Shown here: positions 57,507-64,000 of the stretch, one piece after another | Layout: each line of letters begins with the position of its first letter | Position numbering within the stretch: position 1 is the first letter of the stretch | Assembly: GCA_963677925.2 (NCBI GenBank) | Contig: CAXXYH010000004.1 | Span: 576,001-640,000 of the forward strand | DNA length: 64,000 nt | Reading direction: 5' to 3' | DNA from: Spirochaetia bacterium | GTDB taxonomy: Bacteria > Spirochaetota > Spirochaetia > UBA9216 | Made by a program: the position numbers and the translations under genes | Notes under the pieces: model-generated | Told to the model about the DNA's origin: nothing | The model's database searches: none | What the model saw: only the letters and a program-made list of their open reading frames with translations

Positions 57507-57528
57507 TTTACTGAATATATTCGGTAAA
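57507..57528. promoter_or_regulatory. 22-bp imperfect palindrome, candidate operator
   Basis: TTTACTGAATA/TATTCGGTAAA (1 mismatch) between divergent genes. Confidence 0.5.
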
Positions 57529-57580
57529 TATTTTGTAAGGGCAGAAATATGATATATTAAATTAAAAGGGAGATTAGTAA

Positions 57581-58045
57581 ATGGCTGATATGCTTGTGAA
57601 ACTGTATAAATTACCGAAGCCGGAAGCTGTGAGTGATGGTGGAATAACGGTGAGAAGGGCATATCCTTCAGAGAAGGACATTCTCACAGGTTGGATAAAA
57701 GATAATTTTTCACAGGGCTGGGCTGATGAGTGCGGGATTACATTTTCAGGACATCCGGTTAAAACATTTATTGCTGTAAGAGATAATGATATTCTGGGGT
57801 TCGCTTCTTATGATGCCAGTGCTTTGGGATTCTTCGGTCCGACAGGCGTTGCAGAATCAGCCCGTGGTATGGGATTAGGTAAAGTCCTCCTTCTAAAAAC
57901 TCTTTTTGCAATGCGCGAAACCGGCTATGGATACGGGATTATCGGCGGTGTAGGTCCTGCTGATTTTTATTCAAAAACGGTTGGTGCTGTTATGATTGAC
58001 GGGTCAACTCCGGGGATCTATAGGGGCATGCTGAAAAGGAAATAA
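57581..58045 (+). CDS. GNAT-family N-acetyltransferase
   Basis: FFGPTGVAESARGMGLGK acetyl-CoA motif, GPADFY. Confidence 0.9.
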   Translation: MADMLVKLYKLPKPEAVSDGGITVRRAYPSEKDILTGWIKDNFSQGWADECGITFSGHPVKTFIAVRDNDILGFASYDASALGFFGPTGVAESARGMGLGKVLLLKTLFAMRETGYGYGIIGGVGPADFYSKTVGAVMIDGSTPGIYRGMLKRK

Positions 58046-58077
58046 AAAAACCGGTATAACCATTCGGGTCATACCGG
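58044..58077 (-). terminator. Rho-independent terminator of the sugar ABC operon
   Basis: CCGGTAT/ATACCGG stem preceded by A7 (U-tract on the minus strand). Confidence 0.65.
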
Positions 58078-58086
58078 CTGAAAAGA

Positions 58087-58953
58087 TTATTTTATGGCGC
58101 CTGCTGACAGGCCCTGAATAATATACTTCTGAAAAAAGATAACTATTATAATCGGCGGGATGATTGCCAGTATGGTTGCGGCGGACATCAGATCCCAATG
58201 TACATAGTACTGACCGATAAACTCGGTCATGGTTACTGTCAGCGGTTTTGATTTAAGCGTATATGTCAGAACCAGAGGCCCTGAAAACATATTCCAGGTG
58301 TGCAGGAATGAAACAATTGAAACTGCTATCAGTCCCGGCATGACCATCTGAAGACTGACCCTTGCAAGAGTCTGAATTCTTGTACAGCCGTCAATTCTTG
58401 CCGCTTCTTCAATTTCCTTGGGCACAGATTCAAAATATCCCTTCATAAACCATGTTTCAAAAGGCAGTCTGAAGGTAAATGACAGCAGAATCAGTCCAAG
58501 CTTGGTATCCAGCAGATGCAGATGTGAGAATTCGGAAAATAATCCTATCAGTACGGGCCAGGATGGGAGGGCTATTATGCCGATAATCAGGTAGAAAAAC
58601 AGCTTGCTTCCTTTGAACTTCAGCCTTGAGAAGGCGTACCCCAGAAGCGGTGCAAAGAACATAACCATTGCAGTTGTAATAAGCGACACAATAAGAGAAT
58701 TGATAATTCCGGCCCTGAACAGTTTTGCAGCAGCTATACCGTCACCGCCTCTGAAGCTTTCGCCGGTTATCAGAACCTTTTTATATGCTTCAAGTGTCGG
58801 GTTCTCCGGTATCCAGTGAGGCGGAATTGAGTAGAGTTCGGTCCGCGGAGAAATTGATGAAATGAATACCCAGAAGATCGGCGCAATTGACCAGAAGAAG
58901 ATTATGAAGACCATTACGGCAAGTATTATTTTGTAGGCAGGTCTGGCTTTCAT
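58087..58953 (-). CDS. Carbohydrate ABC permease (MalG-type)
   Basis: VPKEIEEAARIDG EAA loop, FFQKYIIQGL. Confidence 0.93.
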   Translation of the reverse strand: MKARPAYKIILAVMVFIIFFWSIAPIFWVFISSISPRTELYSIPPHWIPENPTLEAYKKVLITGESFRGGDGIAAAKLFRAGIINSLIVSLITTAMVMFFAPLLGYAFSRLKFKGSKLFFYLIIGIIALPSWPVLIGLFSEFSHLHLLDTKLGLILLSFTFRLPFETWFMKGYFESVPKEIEEAARIDGCTRIQTLARVSLQMVMPGLIAVSIVSFLHTWNMFSGPLVLTYTLKSKPLTVTMTEFIGQYYVHWDLMSAATILAIIPPIIIVIFFQKYIIQGLSAGAIK

Positions 58954-59843
58954 GCATTCTCCTTCTTGAAGCTCATTCTCATATAAAATAGTGTGAGCAG
59001 GAACAGGAACAGGCCGACCATGTATGCCATGGCAGATCCTCTTCCGAACCTTCCCATATCAAACGTAATTTCATAGTTATATATCATTGGTGTTTTTGTA
59101 AGCTCGCTGAACTCTGTCAAAGCATATATACCGTCAAAAACATTGAAGCTTGCAATCATTGTAAGAACAACGGCAATACCGCCTATCTGTGAAAGGTAGG
59201 GTATCGTAATTGCAAACAGACGTCTTACTACGCCGGCACCGTCCACCATTGCGGCCTCATAGAGCTGGCTGGGAATTGACTGAAGGACTCCCAGAAAGAG
59301 GATGGTAATAAATGGTGTATATCGCCAGACGAAAAGAAAAACCGACAGGTTAATCGCAACATTGGGATCACTCAGCCAGAAGTGATAATCGTCTATTAAT
59401 CCCAGCTGGAACAGCAGTCCGTTAAGGGCTCCGTAATCACCGTTAAAAATCCATTTCCACAAATGTCCGTTAACAACCGGCGGAATGGCCCATGGGATGA
59501 TTACAACTGCTCTTAAAATGCCCTTGCCTGGGAACGCCTGATTCAGTACCTGTGCGAAGCCCAGTGATATTATCAGTACTGAGGCTGTCGCTACAATCAT
59601 AAAGTAGACAACACGGAGTACTGTCTTCTGAAAGGTCGGATCTTTCAGAATATAGATGTAATTTTCAAGGCCGATGAATTTGATATTATTCGGCAGTTTC
59701 AGGTTGTATTTTAAAAGACTGAATCTGAAGGACTGTATTGCAGGCAAATACGCAAATACCAGCAGGAGCAGCAGTGTCGGAACAAGGATCGTCCAGGCCA
59801 AATGTGTTTCGTTATCCAGCCAGGTCGATAATTTTTTTCTCAT
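58950..59843 (-). CDS. Carbohydrate ABC permease (MalF-type)
   Basis: FIGLENY, IPWAIP, LYEAAMVDGA. Confidence 0.93.
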   Translation of the reverse strand: MRKKLSTWLDNETHLAWTILVPTLLLLLVFAYLPAIQSFRFSLLKYNLKLPNNIKFIGLENYIYILKDPTFQKTVLRVVYFMIVATASVLIISLGFAQVLNQAFPGKGILRAVVIIPWAIPPVVNGHLWKWIFNGDYGALNGLLFQLGLIDDYHFWLSDPNVAINLSVFLFVWRYTPFITILFLGVLQSIPSQLYEAAMVDGAGVVRRLFAITIPYLSQIGGIAVVLTMIASFNVFDGIYALTEFSELTKTPMIYNYEITFDMGRFGRGSAMAYMVGLFLFLLTLFYMRMSFKKENA

Positions 59844-59880
59844 AGGTTATTTCTCCTGATTATATCAGTTTAAACGAAAA

Positions 59881-60110
59881 GGCCCGCAGGTGAAACAAAA
59901 TCAAAACCCGGTTGGGTTTGATTTTGTTTTTAAAGTATTTTTTATAACATGAAGCTGAATATTAAGGTAAGACTTATTATTAAAAATACTTAATGTTTAG
60001 CAAGCAGGAACCACTGAAAACCTTCGTTTTCAGTGGTTTACCCTATATTTAAGGGTGTTAAGATATTTCCTTTCTAAGGAAATATCTTAACTTCAAAACA
60101 ACTTCGGGCC
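59881..60110. repeat. Multi-hairpin intergenic element bounded by imperfect terminal inverted repeats
   Basis: Five nested inverted repeats (16, 10, 13, 5 and 16 bp) enclosed by GGCCCGCAGGTG…CAACTTCGGGCC (10/12). Confidence 0.7.
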
Positions 60111-60135
60111 CACCAATTTGCGGTGTTGAAGCTGT

Positions 60136-61365
60136 TTATTCGTATTCTTTCTGAAGTTCTCTGGTGAACTTGCCAAGCTCTGCAATTGCAGTATCAGCAT
60201 CAACTTCACCGCGTGCAACTCTCAGAAGTGAGTTTTTAAGCTCTGTTTCAAATTCTCCGAACCATGGTGTTGCATATGGAAGCGGTACTACGTATTCACT
60301 CTGCTTTGACATGGTTTCCCATCCGTCGATGAGACCCTGATCTCCAAGTGATTTGTATACACTCTTTTCAGCTGGGAACATTCCGTTTGCTTCATAGCAG
60401 AAAAGCTGTGCTTCTTCTGTGAGCATGAACTCAATGAACTTTTCAGCAGCTTTCGGATATTCAGTATAGCTTGATACTGCAAGACCTGCAGGAAGTGACC
60501 ATGTATAGTGCTGTTCAGGGAGCAGAAGGTAATCTGCATTCGGAGCAACTTTTGATCTTTCAGGATCATTTGCTATTGCAAGTGAGCCCTGCCATGCCTG
60601 GTGGAATGTAGCGTCACCGGCCCAGAATGAGGGGTGAGCGTTCGGTGATGTGAGTCTTTCAGGAGTAATCAGGCCTTTTTCAAACCATCCTGTAAGTCTC
60701 TTGTATGCGTCATATGCAGGATCTGAAGGATCATCGAACAGTGGTGTTCCGTCTTCAGCAAAGAGGGTGGAACCGGTTGAAAGTGCGATCAGGTAGTAAG
60801 GCCAGTGTCTTACTGCCATGGCAAGCGGGTATTCGTAAATACCTTCTTCCTTCATCTGGATTGCTGCATTTTCAAGGTCATCCCATGTCTTCATGTCTGA
60901 AGCAGTTTTTCCAATCTGCTCAAGGGTGGCTTTATCGTAATCGATCATTACCATCTGCTGGTAGATAGGAACTGCATATGAAGTTCCGTTAACTACAAAG
61001 AAGTCGGAACCGATGGTTCTGTCAAAGGTTTCCTGTGAAACAAGGCCTTCAAGATCTGCAAGAATGCCTGATGCTGCAAATGTTCCAAGGTGGCTGATAC
61101 CTACAAATATAACATCAGCCGGATTAACCTTTCCGCCGGCGGCCTGCATAACCTTATTTCTAAGGTCTTCATCCTTAAGAGTCGAAACTTCAACCTTGAT
61201 TCCGGTTTCAGCTTCAAACTTGGCAACAAGTTCCTCTGAAGGTGCACCCCATGACGGAGTTATATAAACAAGCTTTTCAGGAGTAGCTTCTTCTTTCTGT
61301 CCTCCGGCAAATACTGAAGCGCAGCCGAGGACAATTGCGGTAACAATCAACAATAATTTTTTCAT
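60136..61365 (-). CDS. Carbohydrate ABC substrate-binding protein
   Basis: Signal peptide …SVFAGGQKEE; KFEAETGIKV; AAEKFIEFML; SD GGAGG before ATG 61365. Confidence 0.9.
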   Translation of the reverse strand: MKKLLLIVTAIVLGCASVFAGGQKEEATPEKLVYITPSWGAPSEELVAKFEAETGIKVEVSTLKDEDLRNKVMQAAGGKVNPADVIFVGISHLGTFAASGILADLEGLVSQETFDRTIGSDFFVVNGTSYAVPIYQQMVMIDYDKATLEQIGKTASDMKTWDDLENAAIQMKEEGIYEYPLAMAVRHWPYYLIALSTGSTLFAEDGTPLFDDPSDPAYDAYKRLTGWFEKGLITPERLTSPNAHPSFWAGDATFHQAWQGSLAIANDPERSKVAPNADYLLLPEQHYTWSLPAGLAVSSYTEYPKAAEKFIEFMLTEEAQLFCYEANGMFPAEKSVYKSLGDQGLIDGWETMSKQSEYVVPLPYATPWFGEFETELKNSLLRVARGEVDADTAIAELGKFTRELQKEYE

Positions 61366-61391
61366 ATAATCCTCCAAGATAGTATTAAGAA

Positions 61392-61504
61392 ATTATATTC
61401 TGCGGAAAACACTTAGTCAATAAAATTATTTTTCATTTTCAGAACATTTTAATGAAATTACTTTTTAAAAATATTTTGACAAACAATAATTAAATGCGCA
61501 TAAT
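61392..61504. promoter_or_regulatory. Divergent sigma70 promoters for the ABC operon and anmK
   Basis: Minus: TTGACT(61420)-17-TATAAT(61392). Plus: TTGACA(61476)-17-CATAAT(61504), 8 nt before the anmK ATG. Confidence 0.7.
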
Positions 61505-61512
61505 GATTAAAT

Positions 61513-62655
61513 ATGAATGAACAGATTGTTATCGGACTCATGTCCGGCACTTCAGTGGATGGTATTGATGCCGCTGCAGTAAAAATTACAGGTCTCGGGG
61601 CTCTTCCTTCCGCTGTAGAGATGCTAGGTGGACTTTCCTGGCCGATCCCTGAAGATGTAAAAAAGGTTATATTCGAACTTTTTGAAGACGGGCCGGGTTC
61701 GTTGAAAAAGCTATGTCTTATAAATATGCGGCTTGGACAGCTTTTTGCTGAAGCTGCAAACGCTCTTATTGAAAAGCTGGATTTGGATCGAAGCGATGTA
61801 AAACTGATAGGATCGCATGGGCAGACACTTTACCATGTTGCAGAGAAAGAGGATTTCTGCGGTGATATGCTTCGCGGCAGTCTTCAGACAGGGGAAGCAT
61901 CAGTGATTGCTCAGGAAACAGGAATTCCGGTAGTTTCGGATTTCAGGGTTGCAGATATTGCCGCCGGCGGTTCGGGCGCCCCGCTTGTTCCTTTTTTTGA
62001 CAGCTTTCTTGCAGAGCTGCATGGTGAGAAAACCGCATTTCAGAATATAGGCGGGATAGGCAACCTTGCCTACTTTGAAAAGGATGCGGCAGCCTCCGCC
62101 TTTGATACAGGCCCGGGGAATATGATTATTGACCGCCTTGTGACTGAATATACCAGGGGTGAACTTGCCTACGATAAGGATGGGCTGATCGGTCTTCAGG
62201 GAACTGTGGATAAAGACCTGCTTGAGAAGTGGATGGCTCATCCCTATCTTTCAGCGGCGGTACCCAAGTCTACAGGCCGGGAAGAATTCGGTACGGAATT
62301 TTATAAGCACTGGATTGAAGGGTATCAGCCCGGGCCGGATTTAATCCGAACCGCAGAAGAATATACGGTGCGTACTATTACTGATGCATTTGAGCGCTAT
62401 TTTGAAAAGGCCCCTGAAAAACTTATTGTTTCCGGAGGCGGATCATTTAATCCTGTAATCATGAACGGACTGAAACAGGCCATGCCTGAAACCCTGATTA
62501 TTTCCGGTGATGAGGCCGGTATAAGCTCCGAATACAAGGAAGCTGCTGCCTTCGCTCTGCTTGCATGGAGTTATCTGGAAAATATTCCAAACAATATTAA
62601 AGCGGCAACAGGAGCCTCCCGTCCGGTGGTCATGGGAAAACTTTCAAAGCCCTAA
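61513..62655 (+). CDS. anmK: Anhydro-N-acetylmuramic acid kinase
   Basis: GLMSGTSVDGID, GSHGQT, DFRxADIAAGGSGAPLVP, NIGGIGN, FDTGPGN, PKSTGREEFG. Confidence 0.96.
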   Translation: MNEQIVIGLMSGTSVDGIDAAAVKITGLGALPSAVEMLGGLSWPIPEDVKKVIFELFEDGPGSLKKLCLINMRLGQLFAEAANALIEKLDLDRSDVKLIGSHGQTLYHVAEKEDFCGDMLRGSLQTGEASVIAQETGIPVVSDFRVADIAAGGSGAPLVPFFDSFLAELHGEKTAFQNIGGIGNLAYFEKDAAASAFDTGPGNMIIDRLVTEYTRGELAYDKDGLIGLQGTVDKDLLEKWMAHPYLSAAVPKSTGREEFGTEFYKHWIEGYQPGPDLIRTAEEYTVRTITDAFERYFEKAPEKLIVSGGGSFNPVIMNGLKQAMPETLIISGDEAGISSEYKEAAAFALLAWSYLENIPNNIKAATGASRPVVMGKLSKP

Positions 62656-62674
62656 TTTTAAATACGAGGTAAAC

Positions 62675-63589
62675 ATGGACAATCTTGGAGAACTGCAGAC
62701 TGAACAGCCGAATCCGGCATCCAGGAATATTGATACCAAATCAGTCATTGAAATACTTGAGATAATAAACGAAGAAGACATGAAGGTCCCGGGCCGTGTG
62801 ACTCCTGCTATTCCGGAAATTGCCGCAATTGTGGAAGCCGCTGTTGAGGCCTTTAAAAAAGGCGGCAGGCTTTTTTACGTGGGAGCAGGTACATCGGGAA
62901 GGCTTGGAGTTCTGGACGCCTCCGAGTGTCCGCCGACCTTCGGTGTCAGCCGCGACATGGTTCAGGGGCTGATTGCCGGCGGACAGGAGGCCCTGACCCG
63001 GTCGGTTGAATGGGCTGAGGATAATGAGGATGCCGGTGCGAAGGAGCTTGCCGAAAAGGGTATATCTGCAAACGATGTTGTCGTAGGTATTACCGCCAGC
63101 GGTCAGGCTCCCTACGTAATTGGGGCTATGAAGAAGGGCCGCGAGGCCGGAGCCGTTGTAGGTGCAATCAGCTGTAATAAGAATTCGAAGATTTTTCAGT
63201 ACGCCGATCACTCAATTTTTCTTGATGTAGGTCCCGAGATTGTTGCCGGTTCAACCAGGCTTAAGTCGGGAACCGCTCAGAAGCTTGTACTGAACATGAT
63301 CACAACCGCTTCGATGATCCGGCTGGGAAAGGTTTACAACAATCTGATGGTTGATTTGGTTCCTGTTAACAACAAACTGATTGAGAGATCGATAAGGCTG
63401 ATTATAACTGCAACAGGCTGTGATCGTGAAACTGCAGAAGCCGCCTTTAATGAATCAGGAAAACATCCTAAAACTGCTATTGTGTCTGTACTTCTCGGGA
63501 TTTCGGCTGCTGAGGCAAAGACGCTTCTGGACAGTAACGAGGATCGTATCGGAACTGCAGTACAGACTTATAAGAATCAGGCAAAGTAA
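62675..63589 (+). CDS. murQ: N-acetylmuramic acid 6-phosphate etherase
   Basis: GAGTSGRLGVLDASECPPTFG, GSTRLKSGTAQKLVLNM; SD GAGG before ATG 62675. Confidence 0.96.
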   Translation: MDNLGELQTEQPNPASRNIDTKSVIEILEIINEEDMKVPGRVTPAIPEIAAIVEAAVEAFKKGGRLFYVGAGTSGRLGVLDASECPPTFGVSRDMVQGLIAGGQEALTRSVEWAEDNEDAGAKELAEKGISANDVVVGITASGQAPYVIGAMKKGREAGAVVGAISCNKNSKIFQYADHSIFLDVGPEIVAGSTRLKSGTAQKLVLNMITTASMIRLGKVYNNLMVDLVPVNNKLIERSIRLIITATGCDRETAEAAFNESGKHPKTAIVSVLLGISAAEAKTLLDSNEDRIGTAVQTYKNQAK

Positions 63590-63591
63590 GA

Positions 63592-64000
63592 ATGTTTGAA
63601 AAGCTGATTGAAGAAAGTATCGCGGGCGGATGTTTTCCGGGAATCTCTCTGGTTGTTGAAAAAGACGGAAAAAGGATTACAGCTGAAAATTACGGTCAGA
63701 TGTCTTATGATGATGAGACATCCGTTAGTTCTGATACCCTCTTCGATCTTGCCTCACTTACAAAACCCCTTGCGACAACACCAACACTTCTTGCCCTTCT
63801 TGAAGCTGAAGGTCTGGATACCGATAAAACTCTTTCTTTCTTCCTTGATGAAATAAATGAAGTAAGCGGGAGCCTGACGCTTCATCAGCTTATGACCCAT
63901 ACTTCGGGGCTTCCGCCTGTTCCGGAAATTTTCAGGTTGTTTAAAACTGAAGCAGATATTGATGAACAGAAAGGGCTCCGGCATCTTTACTCTCTCGTTC
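63592..64000 (+). CDS. Beta-lactamase-family serine hydrolase (partial, runs off the window; not in the ORF track)
   Basis: ATG 63592: MFEKLIEESIAGGCFPG…TLFDLASLTKP (SxxK)…QLMTHTSGL. Confidence 0.88.
   Translation, partial: MFEKLIEESIAGGCFPGISLVVEKDGKRITAENYGQMSYDDETSVSSDTLFDLASLTKPLATTPTLLALLEAEGLDTDKTLSFFLDEINEVSGSLTLHQLMTHTSGLPPVPEIFRLFKTEADIDEQKGLRHLYSLV

Noticed and set aside
59881-60110. CRISPR array or tRNA interpretation of the hairpin cluster
   Set aside because: Hairpins do not repeat one another, there is no spacer periodicity, and no T-loop, anticodon arm or CCA pattern
62561-62674. N-terminal extension of murQ in the ORF track
   Set aside because: Overlaps anmK; SD and homology start at ATG 62675
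871-63211. Numerous 60-170 aa ORFs overlapping assigned genes
   Set aside because: Antisense or alternate-frame shadows with no SD, motifs or protein-like composition
63608-63984. ORFs 63608..63856 (+) and 63754..63984 (-)
   Set aside because: Shadow frames of the serine hydrolase that starts at 63592

Overview
Gene-dense bacterial chromosomal window of about 55 CDS. I saw no rRNA, tRNA, CRISPR array, transposase or integrase. Spirochaete-style signal peptides (…SVFAGGQKEE, …LFSC) and the gene content suggest a free-living anaerobic Spirochaetia member (inference). Main content: Fe/B12-type ABC importer next to a B12-radical SAM gene; a PLP enzyme/DUF1611/dipeptide-epimerase operon; a CDF metal exporter under a NiCo (czcD) riboswitch; a chemoreceptor with two extracytoplasmic CZB domains; a chimeric OYE-FMN_bind-FAD reductase with a cytoplasmic ApbE; a tungsten-type radical SAM/SPASM; an ErcA-like ADH and histidine kinase; PPi-dependent PEPCK; a UrdA-like flavinylated lipoprotein; and an anhydro-MurNAc recycling locus (sugar ABC, anmK, murQ, serine hydrolase). 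The best candidates for something undescribed are: (i) a LysR-linked catabolic cluster at 34.9-47.3 kb (double-hotdog dehydratase, Opp-type ABC, two insertion-bearing flavodoxin paralogues, a small beta protein, and an OYE with an altered active site); (ii) a 230-nt multi-hairpin element at 59881-60110 inside the MurNAc ABC operon; (iii) a two-state anti-SD RNA switch at 38933-38996; (iv) the chimeric flavinylated reductase. Two genes are broken by single in-frame stops, and several genes appear leaderless. All family calls come from motif recognition by eye; no searches were run.
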